Of a stretch of DNA of 32,648 nucleotides, positions 10,401-18,243 are shown in pieces. The translations under genes were made by a program, and so were the position numbers. Each line of letters opens with the position of its first letter. The stretch's first letter is position 1. The notes under the pieces were generated by a model that made no database searches, was not told the origin of the DNA, and was given only the letters and a program-made list of their open reading frames with translations. Source of the stretch: a virus. Taxonomy: Duplodnaviria > Caudoviricetes. The stretch covers positions 1 to 32,648 of IMG/VR virus record IMGVR_UViG_3300032227_001595. The stretch is one strand, 5' to 3'.

Positions 10401-13249
10401 TCGACGGCGCGACGACGCACCTCAAGGCGGTCAGCAGCGATATGGACGCTGTGCGCGAACTCCTCGACGTGTCGCCCATTCAGAAGCGCCTCATCGACGA
10501 CTTCGCCGCGAAGTCCAAGCAGGTCGACGCCGACATCAAGGCACTGGCCCGCAACCTCGCTGACCCCAAGTCCCCGAAGCGTGCGGCCTTCGGTCTGCCC
10601 GAGGATGTCGAGCTGTCGAACTCGGAGATCATGAGCGCCATCGCTCGCGGTGTCTCGCCGGATGAAGCCGGAAAGTTCATCGACGAGGCGGTCAACTCCA
10701 TGCTCTTCGGCGTCGAGGCGCGGGCATCTACGCTCTCGTCCGTGTTCGTCGAGGTATCGGTCTACAGCGCGAACAAGGACAAGTACTTCAGCGTGGCGGG
10801 CCGTGAAGCGCGGGCGGGCCTGACGGCTGCGGCGAAGGAAGCCCTGATGGGCGGTGCGCCAGTGCTCGACGTCCTGCGCGACCTGCGTGCGGGGCTCGAG
10901 ACTCTGACGAAGGACCGCGCGATGACCTCGGCCGCGTGGCGTGCAGAGAAGGCGAGCGTGGCGGCAGAGGCCGACCTGCCCAAGGTTCTTGGTGCGTCGC
11001 TCTACGTGCGCGAGGTCGAGAACCTCAAGGACGCGACCATCCTCGCGGGCGTGACCGAGGACGAGCTGCGCAACCTGTTCTCGAACTACACGCCGATCAG
11101 CAACACGCTGCGCCAGGTGGATAACGAGCTTCGCAACTACCTCGCCGTGGACCGCAACAACCCCGCGTTCCTGACGGTGCCTGAGGGCGAGGACATCGTT
11201 CGCCAGTTCATCTACGCCTCGATGCGGCTCGACAAGGCCGGCCCTCGTACCTGGGCCGACCTCCTGCAGTCGTACACGGACTTCCGGTACGGCGCGGGCG
11301 TCGGTGTGTCGGAGGCGGAGAACGTGCTCATGCGCATCCGTGCGCAGAGCGACGACGCCGGCAACTTCCTCGACAACATCTCGCCCCTCGTGAACGGTGC
11401 CGCCGACATGGCGACGACCCGTGCGCGCCTCAACGAGGTCAGCATCGAGGAGTACATCCAGGCGTTCAGCGACGCCGCTGAGGTTGGCGCTGACATCCGC
11501 GGCACGGCGCGCTTCGTGCGCGGGTCGCAAGTGCAGTCTGCACTGGAGAACTTCGTACGCGAAGACGTGCGGTCTGAAGTGTTCCAGGCGGTCGCCGGCG
11601 AGATGGTCAAGATGAAGAAGACCGCCTACCAGCGCGCAGGCGCCGCGGTGTGGAGCGGACTGCAGCAGATGGGCAACGTCCGGTACAACCTGTTCCTGTA
11701 CCTGCGCCCGGCGTACCACGGCGTCAACATCATGACGGCGCCCGCCATCCTGCACTCGACCCTCGGCCTACAGGATGCGCCGCTCGCCATCGCACAGATG
11801 AAGGCAGCGCGGGCCATGGAAGGGATGGCGCAGGCGCAGGCTCTCCGTACGCCATCACGCGTACTGGCGGGTGGTCTGGCCGGGCTCGCGGGCGGCGCAG
11901 TCGGAGACCTGCCCGGCATGGTTGCGGGCTTGGGTCTCGGGGCCTCGGCCGCCGTGGGCGGTAAGCCGCTCGGTCGTCTCGTCGGAGCTGCGGACGACGT
12001 CATCGCACTGCGAGACCGTGCAGGCCGCATCTTCACCTACGGCGATGTCCGGGAACTCGGCGCGCGGTCCGGTCTGTTCAAGACGGAGCAGCAGGTGCTG
12101 TTCGGTCAGGCATCCCTCGACGCGCTCATCGCAGAGGCACAGCGCCTGGAGACTACGAGCGGACGCAAGATTCCTGCACCGGTGATGCAGGGGCTGCGCG
12201 ACATCGGCAGTCTGCCGGCGGACTGGGCAAACAGCACGGACAACTTCTGGCGTATGTCCTCGCTCATCGAGGCGCTGTCGAAGGGCAAGCCCGTCACGGT
12301 GGCGCAGGAAATCGCCAAGAAGTCGCTCTTCGACTACGGCTCGCTCCTGCCCGCAGAGCGTGAGTTCGCGTCCCGCTTCCTCATCTTCTACACCTTCAGC
12401 CGCGTGTCGGCGGAGCAGGTGGCGAAGTCTCTCGGCTCGGCGGCCGGCGCCACGCGCTTCGTGCGTCAGGCTGCCGTGGCGCGTGACGTCTCGAAGATGA
12501 TGTACGAAATGAACGGCGGGGAGGACTACGACCTGCGCCGGTTCTACATGACCGACCGTCAGCTCGCCCGTGTGGTGCTCGACCAGGAGAAGGTGGGCAG
12601 CAACGAGATGCTCCGCATGTTCCCGGCCCTGCCGAGCCAGGATTCGTTCATGCAGATCATGGGGCTGCTGTATGCCCGCAGCCCTGGCGAGATCATCGCA
12701 GGAACCGAGACGGGCATGGCGCAGTTCGCGGACCCCGGCATCAAGTACCTGCTGGAGCAGACCGACGAGCGTCGTGCTGAGTCGATGAAGCGCGCCGACC
12801 GCCTGCGTCTCATGGACCCGCGGCACGTCGCCATCTTCTGGGACTCTGACAGCATGACCTCGGCGACCGCGTTCTTCGGGGACATCACGCCGATGAACCC
12901 GTCCAAGGACACGAGCATCACCTACCTCGACAAGGAGTGGCAGCTCACGCCCGAGGGGTACCGCAAGTACAAGCTGATGGAGAAGGCCGCGTCGTTCCTG
13001 GGCCTCCGCTCCACGGCGGACTACTACGTGCAGTACTTCGGGCCGGGGCCTGAGACGCTCCAGCGGCCTGGGCGTGACCAGCTCGGAGGCGCTGTGGGTG
13101 TCCCGATGCTTCAGGGCATCACGCCAGAGCAGCAGGAGTCGACAGTCCTTCGGACCCAGTCCGCTGCCGCGAAGGAGCGAGAGAAGCAGCGCAAGGCGGA
13201 GCAGGCCGCACAGTCTGGTGCGGAGGTTCGTTCTGGCGCAGAACAGTAG
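7484..13249 (+). CDS. Giant ejection/internal virion protein (1921 aa)
   Basis: AGGAG RBS. Ala-rich and helical, with hydrophobic Gly-rich segments (VGAALGLGIDILAPPFAG; LAGGLAGLAGGAVG..MVAGLGLG) and a C-terminal AKKSLFDYGSL..ERE...RFLIFYTF pattern of the kind seen in large phage internal proteins. Confidence 0.7.
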   Translation: MAQPTEAELAELRRKYPDLFPAVAAPAAPAAPKAVAPKPKPQPRAPSTPAPARSPAAPTLPPTATAATPTALPQKQFTAAREDLFTVGGEQSKQKDLARLKSRLAAAPDFETYMQLQRDIAAIEDQLAPSDVAPAPGVPTTRQGEGGLLGIPGLEVEATRGALNLPGTPGIGDIFRPRTMVGPIVQEEEATTGAVRARGELANRLISDKDIAEAVKDKPEDQSAYIAAAYQGYRAIIRNIAESNPDLSEKEVIARAKAEIDDIALIEKEGKGRLGVTTQEPGKDTGGVTNLIFSRKTTPGSVPNVSDAQMAYYQTVFAESRAQRAKDAEATLRKRLTDEDIVEPAADITEAEVAAGGTPRMMTRKRTPQEIEDALRARLPEELSTLKTPWFLTKERGDILANPEKYATKQPLLYGGATVYPTGATREGLGAFTLRVGLAPLNVVGTALTAGSARLAEKAAAAVEGTAVKPELSAVSAARAKRAEDFPRLKELPEGFIGDLQEAAIQGRGGAQFTGDLYKELGLNPTVGAALGLGIDILAPPFAGVVSSTTAGVKGFNAARAVRAAGLLSDVSPATAGLRAAGGAFRDAWTWRSLGAGALNDVLPGSVRLAAAEETGKVLGFRAALKEAEEAAGRALTYDEIVKVANEHRAAVGVGKWADDFRAAARAGRDEAERFAAELTDDVANIPAKGHYFSGSKKLLQDADPFVKAARGGEELAGLTEGQLRTILANAAGRSDDVFRVMSQNPGMAAGGLFRAALGQSPEAAAALRQAAASTVTYDTLAKASGGFRNLKDMVLISPRFIGTSEGAARALEAAQNSRIGVALRGFTDSLLEAEKAGRQVIEQVLPDAALRAQGVRVDRPLQAVRVDPVDVGRMQRDLNYLFNAGHIPNDQYVLSSALLARETPMMPVSGLRALAEGNLNDVILRGGQGLNVEAVKYSSPSARGGFMERQAVAQETAARARLFTPTQMRSVFDGATTHLKAVSSDMDAVRELLDVSPIQKRLIDDFAAKSKQVDADIKALARNLADPKSPKRAAFGLPEDVELSNSEIMSAIARGVSPDEAGKFIDEAVNSMLFGVEARASTLSSVFVEVSVYSANKDKYFSVAGREARAGLTAAAKEALMGGAPVLDVLRDLRAGLETLTKDRAMTSAAWRAEKASVAAEADLPKVLGASLYVREVENLKDATILAGVTEDELRNLFSNYTPISNTLRQVDNELRNYLAVDRNNPAFLTVPEGEDIVRQFIYASMRLDKAGPRTWADLLQSYTDFRYGAGVGVSEAENVLMRIRAQSDDAGNFLDNISPLVNGAADMATTRARLNEVSIEEYIQAFSDAAEVGADIRGTARFVRGSQVQSALENFVREDVRSEVFQAVAGEMVKMKKTAYQRAGAAVWSGLQQMGNVRYNLFLYLRPAYHGVNIMTAPAILHSTLGLQDAPLAIAQMKAARAMEGMAQAQALRTPSRVLAGGLAGLAGGAVGDLPGMVAGLGLGASAAVGGKPLGRLVGAADDVIALRDRAGRIFTYGDVRELGARSGLFKTEQQVLFGQASLDALIAEAQRLETTSGRKIPAPVMQGLRDIGSLPADWANSTDNFWRMSSLIEALSKGKPVTVAQEIAKKSLFDYGSLLPAEREFASRFLIFYTFSRVSAEQVAKSLGSAAGATRFVRQAAVARDVSKMMYEMNGGEDYDLRRFYMTDRQLARVVLDQEKVGSNEMLRMFPALPSQDSFMQIMGLLYARSPGEIIAGTETGMAQFADPGIKYLLEQTDERRAESMKRADRLRLMDPRHVAIFWDSDSMTSATAFFGDITPMNPSKDTSITYLDKEWQLTPEGYRKYKLMEKAASFLGLRSTADYYVQYFGPGPETLQRPGRDQLGGAVGVPMLQGITPEQQESTVLRTQSAAAKEREKQRKAEQAAQSGAEVRSGAEQ

Positions 13250-13255
13250 ACGCTC

Positions 13256-13264
13256 TGATATACT
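13256..13264 (+). promoter_or_regulatory. Extended -10 promoter (TG-a-TATACT)
   Basis: TGATATACT in the short intergenic gap, followed by AGGAGG and ATG 13284. Confidence 0.55.
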
Positions 13265-13283
13265 CACCCCTCAGGAGGTCCTC

Positions 13284-13442
13284 ATGAAGAAGTCCAGCTC
13301 CTCGCCCAAGTACGTGGCGGGCCCCGAGTCCAAGCCCCCCAAGAACCAGTCCTACGACTTCACCCCGAAGAAGGTGGGCAAGGGCACGATCACCACGCTG
13401 CCCGGCCAGTACACCGGCGTCCCCAAGGCAGGCGGCAAGTGA
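13284..13442 (+). CDS. Small Lys/Pro-rich basic protein (52 aa)
   Basis: AGGAGG at 13273-13278; MKKSSSSPKYVAGPESKPPKNQSYDFTPKKVGKG...; codon usage matches the rest of the genome. Confidence 0.75.
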   Translation: MKKSSSSPKYVAGPESKPPKNQSYDFTPKKVGKGTITTLPGQYTGVPKAGGK

Positions 13443-13576
13443 TCAAGAAGGTGAAGGGCGGCTACAAGGCCACGTCCTCGTCGGGGCGTCCGCTCTCGAA
13501 GAAGGCCAAGTCCAAGGCGGGTGCGATGAAGCAGCTCGCCGCAGTCGAGATCTCGAAGAAGAAGCGCGGCAAGTAG
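13439..13576 (+). CDS. Small highly basic protein (45 aa), not in the ORF track
   Basis: GTGA overlap with the upstream stop; translates MIKKVKGGYKATSSSGRPLSKKAKSKAGAMKQLAAVEISKKKRGK*. Confidence 0.8.
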   Translation: MIKKVKGGYKATSSSGRPLSKKAKSKAGAMKQLAAVEISKKKRGK

Positions 13577-13611
13577 CCGCATCAGACCGCCATCGGTCGA
13601 AGGAGTAGAAG

Positions 13612-14034
13612 ATGGCCGCAGTCGGAAAGTTCATCCACAACAGCCAGCACACTGGCCTCACCATCGCCCTGACCAACGCGTACGTCGCGGGGGCTCAGCG
13701 TCACATCATCCCGCTCTGGCAGGACAGCCCCAGCGTCGTGGGCAACAAGCGCGCGGTGGCCCGCCTGTCCGCGCTCTGGATCAAGGTCGACACCATCGCG
13801 GGGGCCTCGGCCATCACGATGCGTCTGACGCGTGACCTGGCCGGCAACGACCCGGTCATCGGCGACACGACCGCAACGCTCAGCACGGGCATCACCACGC
13901 CGGCAGAAGGCGGCGTGACGTACAAGATCGACATCGACTACTCCCACCCGGACGACTCGAACTTGTACTGCCACATGAAGACGAACGCGGGCACGTGCAA
14001 CGTGAAGCGCATCGAACTCTTCTGGGAGGAGTGA
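13612..14034 (+). CDS. Hypothetical beta-rich virion protein (140 aa)
   Basis: AAGGAG RBS; alternating hydrophobic beta pattern; located in the fibre cluster. Confidence 0.7.
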   Translation: MAAVGKFIHNSQHTGLTIALTNAYVAGAQRHIIPLWQDSPSVVGNKRAVARLSALWIKVDTIAGASAITMRLTRDLAGNDPVIGDTTATLSTGITTPAEGGVTYKIDIDYSHPDDSNLYCHMKTNAGTCNVKRIELFWEE

Positions 14035-14037
14035 GCC

Positions 14038-14943
14038 ATGCCCACCACCTCGAACAACGTCGACTGCTTCGCCGAGACGGTGTCGTCCGGCGGAGGCCTG
14101 TCCACGGACTTCGGCCTCGCGTACTTCGGCGACGGCACGGACGGGAACGTGACCATCACGAACCTGACCACGGCCACGCGGGAGCAGCACTACAACAACC
14201 TGACCATCACCAGCACCGGCACGCTCAAGGTCGCCGGGTACCGCATCTTCGTGCGTGGGACGCTGACCATCGAGGCCGGCGGCTCCATCAACGATGACGG
14301 CGTCACGGCCACCGGTCCGACCGGGGCGGCTGGCGTCCTGCCGAAGAACTACCTCGGCGGTGGGTTTGGCGGCGGCGGGTCGGGTGCGACCAACGGCATC
14401 GGCAACATCGGCTCCGGGTCGGGCGGCAACTCCAGCCTCAATGACCTCGGCGGTGTGCCGGCAGGCGGAGCTGGCGGTGCGGGCGGCGCGAACGCGGGCG
14501 GCAACGGCGGCTCCGCATCGCAGCCCACGCCCTGGCAGAAGTGGCAGTCCCAGGCGTTCTGGGGCGCGGCCAAGATCATGACCACCAACGGCACCGAGCG
14601 GTTCAACGGCGGCGCAGGCGGTGGCGGTGGCGGCTCGAACAACGCGTCTGCCAACGGCGGCGGTGGCGGTACGGGCGGTGGCGTCGTGTGGGTTGCGGCG
14701 AAGACCGTGTCCAACGCCGGCCGCATCTCGGCCAACGGCGGGCAGGGCGGACCGGGTACCGGCACTGCAGGGGCTGGCGGCGGTGGCGGCGGTGGGGGTG
14801 GAGGAGCCGTGGCTCTCGTCACCCAGAGCACGGCGTACGGCCTGCTCCAGGCGAACGGCGGGACGGGCGGCATCGGCTTTGGTGGTGGCATCACCGGCGT
14901 GACTGGCGCTCGTGGGTGCGTTGCTGTACTGGTGCTCGCATGA
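14038..14943 (+). CDS. Glycine-rich fibre/adhesin (polyglycine-II type), 301 aa
   Basis: GGAGG RBS; YFGDGTDGNVTI...YNNLTI head followed by multiple GGxGGGG tracts separated by short beta strands. Confidence 0.75.
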   Translation: MPTTSNNVDCFAETVSSGGGLSTDFGLAYFGDGTDGNVTITNLTTATREQHYNNLTITSTGTLKVAGYRIFVRGTLTIEAGGSINDDGVTATGPTGAAGVLPKNYLGGGFGGGGSGATNGIGNIGSGSGGNSSLNDLGGVPAGGAGGAGGANAGGNGGSASQPTPWQKWQSQAFWGAAKIMTTNGTERFNGGAGGGGGGSNNASANGGGGGTGGGVVWVAAKTVSNAGRISANGGQGGPGTGTAGAGGGGGGGGGGAVALVTQSTAYGLLQANGGTGGIGFGGGITGVTGARGCVAVLVLA

Positions 14944-15134
14944 CGCAGACCTGGCTCATCTTCGAGGCGGACGCGACGCAGTCCTACATCAACTGGCACA
15001 TGGCGCGGAACCCCGACGCCAATGGCTACTTCACCGGGTGCCCGCCGTTCCTCCAGGAGCAGGCGGCCGCGGAGGGATGGACGTACAAGCCGCCCCACGT
15101 CTGGGTTGAGACCGTCCCGCCCGAGGACGCGTGA
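14940..15134 (+). CDS. Small protein, possible fibre chaperone (64 aa)
   Basis: ATGA overlap; MTQTWLIFEADATQSYINWHMARNP...PPHVWVETVPPEDA. Confidence 0.65.
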   Translation: MTQTWLIFEADATQSYINWHMARNPDANGYFTGCPPFLQEQAAAEGWTYKPPHVWVETVPPEDA

Positions 15135-15137
15135 TGA

Positions 15138-15611
15138 ATGGGAAAGCCGTACGTCCGCCCGAGGGCGGGGCAGTTCATCCGGGAGAGCAGCTCGTCGAAC
15201 TCAACCACTACCTCGACCAGCGGCGAGCTGACCTCCTTGGAGCAGCAGGTCACCAGTCTGCAGAGCCAGCTGACGGCGTCTCAGGCACAGGTGGTCTCGC
15301 TGACCTCGCAGCTCGCGACAGCGCAGGCGCAGGTAGTGGCCGACGCGGCGGTGATCTCAGCTTTGCAGTCCCAGCTTTCAGCGGCCCAAGCGCAGGTCTC
15401 CTCGCTTACCGCGGAAGTGGCGACCCTCGAAGCTGAGATCGCGGCGCTGCAGAAGCCGGGGTTCGTCCGCATCTACATGGGCCCGGTGACTCTGGTCGGC
15501 GGTGGGATCTACGTCCCGCCGTCGTACGCTGACGTCACGCTCACCGTGTCGCTGCTTCCTCAGAAGTTGAAGCCGGTGCCCGTCACCCTGACGGGCGGAG
15601 GGTATCCCTGA
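15138..15611 (+). CDS. Coiled-coil virion protein (needle/whisker-like), 157 aa
   Basis: Continuous heptad run LTSLEQQVTSLQSQLTASQAQV...LEAEIAALQK with a beta-like C-terminal tip. Confidence 0.65.
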   Translation: MGKPYVRPRAGQFIRESSSSNSTTTSTSGELTSLEQQVTSLQSQLTASQAQVVSLTSQLATAQAQVVADAAVISALQSQLSAAQAQVSSLTAEVATLEAEIAALQKPGFVRIYMGPVTLVGGGIYVPPSYADVTLTVSLLPQKLKPVPVTLTGGGYP

Positions 15612-16621
15612 TGCCTGTCTACACCCCGACCACCTGGACGATGACTGCGGCGCAGCTCATCACGCCGACCACCTCCCAGCTCTCCGTCATCAACGCCATC
15701 CAGGCGTCGGTGACGGCGTGCCCGGACTGGACGGTGAACGCTACGGGCACCACGACCACCGGCTACAAGTGGGTCGAGGTCAAGCCGGCGAACGCGCAGT
15801 CGCTCTACGCCGACTACCGCATCCTGTTCGTCGAGCGCATCAATGCGTCGACCACCAACCGGACCGCGTACTACAACACGGCGAACGGCACGCCGTGGAA
15901 CAACGCCACGGCAGTGATGGCGTACTTCGCCCCGGATGGCGGCTCGTCGTGGGTCACGTTCACGCCGGCCAACATCGAGGTGACCACGGCCGGTCAGGAC
16001 GTGTACCTGGGCACCAAGTACAAGTACTCGAACACGTCGACCGGTCTGCAGATCTTCACGACCATCCCGGTGGCGTGCACCGCGCTGTGGCTCTACACGG
16101 CGGACGGCGTCATGCACATCGTCAGCCGGCAGGCTCCGACGTCGCACTCCGTCACGGCGTTCGGCAACGTGTTCTACCAGGGCACGGCCTCGTCGCGCGT
16201 GTTCAACGCAGCGGGCACGGAGGTCGGTGTTCCTGCGATCTACGCGCGCTACGCCTTGGGCTCCGTGGCGCTGAACACGAACTGGTTCGGCAGCGCATCC
16301 ACGAACTCGTGGCTGACGTCATGGTTCACGACGTCCCTCACCGCGCCGGCGTACTACAACCCCAACCTCAGCAACGCCGTGTCGGTCATCGCCACCGCAA
16401 CGTACGGCCGGTACGAGTCGACGTACGGCACGCTGTCCATGACGCCCATCGTGTACATCGGACAGGGCAACACCTCGATGCGCGGGGTGTACCTGGCCGA
16501 CACGCTGAAGACGCGGACGACCATCAAGGACACGACGGGCGCGACCATCGGGTACACGTTCTACCCGGACGACACGGCGAGCGGCGCGGCCCTCGGCGCG
16601 TTCTGCTACATGAACTCGTGA
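15611..16621 (+). CDS. Thr/Tyr-rich virion protein, putative receptor-binding/tail-associated (336 aa)
   Basis: TGATG coupling, GGAGG RBS; beta-rich, T/S/Y-rich composition. Confidence 0.65.
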   Translation: MPVYTPTTWTMTAAQLITPTTSQLSVINAIQASVTACPDWTVNATGTTTTGYKWVEVKPANAQSLYADYRILFVERINASTTNRTAYYNTANGTPWNNATAVMAYFAPDGGSSWVTFTPANIEVTTAGQDVYLGTKYKYSNTSTGLQIFTTIPVACTALWLYTADGVMHIVSRQAPTSHSVTAFGNVFYQGTASSRVFNAAGTEVGVPAIYARYALGSVALNTNWFGSASTNSWLTSWFTTSLTAPAYYNPNLSNAVSVIATATYGRYESTYGTLSMTPIVYIGQGNTSMRGVYLADTLKTRTTIKDTTGATIGYTFYPDDTASGAALGAFCYMNS

Positions 16622-16629
16622 GGGCTGAG

Positions 16630-16833
16630 ATGCCGCTGCTCTTCACCATCATGGACCCGGACACCGACGCGGTGGTATGGGTTCTGCACTACAACCCGGC
16701 CTGGGAGATCCCGTTCGTCACCGTGCAGGGCACTCCTCACGTTTGGAACTGGGACTTCATCACCGGTGCGCTTCTCCAAGACGGCCAGCCCCTCATCGGG
16801 TATGCCGTCACAATCGTCCCGGAGGCTTCCTGA
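16630..16833 (+). CDS. Small protein, possible fibre chaperone (67 aa)
   Basis: GAGGG RBS; MPLLFTIMDPDTDAVVWVLHYNP...TPHVW...; its stop overlaps the holin ATG. Confidence 0.65.
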   Translation: MPLLFTIMDPDTDAVVWVLHYNPAWEIPFVTVQGTPHVWNWDFITGALLQDGQPLIGYAVTIVPEAS

Positions 16834-17129
16834 TGGAACAGTTCATCACCCTCGTGTCCGGCCCGTTCGGGGCCCTCGCCCTCAGCGTCGGCATCCTCGT
16901 GTGGCTGGCGAAGATCGTAGTGCCCATCCTCAAGGCGTACCTTGAGGGGCAGAACGAGAAGTTCGGCGTCATGGCCAAGAGCATGGAGTCCTTGGCCGCA
17001 GCCGTGGACCGAACGGTGTCGGCGCACGAAGCGGACCGCACGACGTTCGAGAACACCATCGCCACCCTCACAACCCGCGTCGACAAGATCGAGGTCGACG
17101 TCCACCACATCCGGAGCAAGCTGCCATGA
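16833..17129 (+). CDS. Putative holin (single N-terminal TM plus coiled coil, BhlA-like), 98 aa
   Basis: GGAGG RBS; TM segment GPFGALALSVGILVWLAKIVVPIL followed by a coiled coil; upstream of the endolysin. Confidence 0.65.
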   Translation: MEQFITLVSGPFGALALSVGILVWLAKIVVPILKAYLEGQNEKFGVMAKSMESLAAAVDRTVSAHEADRTTFENTIATLTTRVDKIEVDVHHIRSKLP

Positions 17130-17284
17130 ACGAGAAGGTCGTCGCCAACATCCCCTGGTCGAACATCATGCGGCTCATCGCGAAGCTCGTCCGCTACGGC
17201 AAGGGCGGCATCACGAAGGAAGAGGCGCGGGACCTCGGCGAGGAGCTGCTGCTGCTGGCAGCGGAGTTGCTGGAGAAGCACTGA
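17126..17284 (+). CDS. Small amphipathic helical protein in the lysis cassette (52 aa), not in the ORF track
   Basis: ATGA and TGATG couplings on both sides, GGAG RBS; MNEKVVANIPWSNIMRLIAKLVRYGKGGITKEEARDLGEELLLLAAELLEKH*. Confidence 0.75.
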   Translation: MNEKVVANIPWSNIMRLIAKLVRYGKGGITKEEARDLGEELLLLAAELLEKH

Positions 17285-17688
17285 TGCCGAAGTTCTCGAC
17301 CCGCAGCATCACGAACCTGAACTCCTGCCACATCGTGCTGCGGCGGGTGATGTCGCTCGCCATCGAGCGGGCGGACTTCACCGTGCTCTGCGGGCACCGT
17401 GACCAGGAGGAGCAGGACGCCGCATTCGCCGCCGGGAACTCGAAGCTCAAGTGGCCGAAGTCGAAGCACAACATCTACCTCAGCCACGCGGTCGACATCG
17501 CCCCGTATCCGATCGACTGGCATGATGAGGCCCGCTTCCACTCCGTTGCGAAGGAGGTGAAGCGGGCCTGGGATGCCATGACAGAGGAAGCGAAGATGGG
17601 CTACGACCTGTCATGGGGCGGGGACTGGGTCAGTTTCCGGGACCTTCCTCACTGGGAGCTGCGCTCACGACGCGGCCGGCAGTCATGA
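17284..17688 (+). CDS. Endolysin, peptidase M15 family (L-Ala-D-Glu peptidase, T5 lys-like), 134 aa
   Basis: GHR..EEQ, SKH-x(8)-D (SKHNIYLSHAVD), WGGDW and DLPHWEL Zn-peptidase motifs; no cell-wall-binding domain. Confidence 0.9.
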   Translation: MPKFSTRSITNLNSCHIVLRRVMSLAIERADFTVLCGHRDQEEQDAAFAAGNSKLKWPKSKHNIYLSHAVDIAPYPIDWHDEARFHSVAKEVKRAWDAMTEEAKMGYDLSWGGDWVSFRDLPHWELRSRRGRQS

Positions 17689-18013
17689 AGATGGGGCCGT
17701 CCTCCTGGTCCGCCAACACGAACGTGTTGTAGTTCAGGTACTCCAGGGCGGTGTCCTCATCCCAGTCGTTGTGGTGCATGGTGGCGAGGACCACCATGCG
17801 CTCGTCGTACACGAGCTTGCCGGCGTTGGTGTCGACCCCGCAGATGCAGGAGTCGTAGACCTCGCGCGGCTCCAGCCGCATGAGCGGCCCCTCGATGTCG
17901 TCCAGCTCGATGGTCTCGGGCACGAGCTTGCTGTTGTAGATGCCGAGGAGGATGTCGATGCGCGAGAGCGCGCGGTCGAGCAGCTCGCGGATGTCGGCGG
18001 TGGAGTCGGTCAT
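17630..18013 (-). CDS. Hypothetical phage protein (127 aa)
   Basis: Start ATG 18013 by TAATG coupling; pattern YDSCICGV...LVYD...DEDTALEYLNYN...PIF. Confidence 0.7.
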   Translation of the reverse strand: MTDSTADIRELLDRALSRIDILLGIYNSKLVPETIELDDIEGPLMRLEPREVYDSCICGVDTNAGKLVYDERMVVLATMHHNDWDEDTALEYLNYNTFVLADQEDGPIFMTAGRVVSAAPSEEGPGN

Positions 18014-18243
18014 TAGGTCACCTGTGCGGCGAGGGTGTTGATGTCGGACACGGCGGCCTCGACCGTCCACCAGACGTTGCCGCACTCGCAGTAGCGGTGG
18101 CGGGCGTACCAGTGGGACGTGACGAAGCCGATGTTCTCCTCGATGTCTTCCCGGACAGCCTTGGGAAGATGTGTCCCCGCTGCTGCGGGGCCTCGGCTTG
18201 CTTTGACCGAGGTCGTGTTGTTCGAGCAGCGGGGACAGGTCAT
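18013..18243 (-). CDS. NrdR N-terminal-like zinc-ribbon protein (76 aa)
   Basis: MTCPRC...TSVKASR...RHRYCECGNVWWTVE matches the CxxC..V..SR..RxRxC(x)xCG..F/W.T.E ribbon; no ATP-cone. Confidence 0.75.
   Translation of the reverse strand: MTCPRCSNNTTSVKASRGPAAAGTHLPKAVREDIEENIGFVTSHWYARHRYCECGNVWWTVEAAVSDINTLAAQVT

Noticed and set aside
7418-11755. Very long - strand ORFs (1445 aa here; also 167-2323, 5145-7580, 21301-23709, 31046-32524)
   Set aside because: Shadow ORFs in the antisense frame of high-GC3 genes: no RBS, unnatural V/R/G/H/D-rich composition, and fully overlapping well-supported + strand genes.
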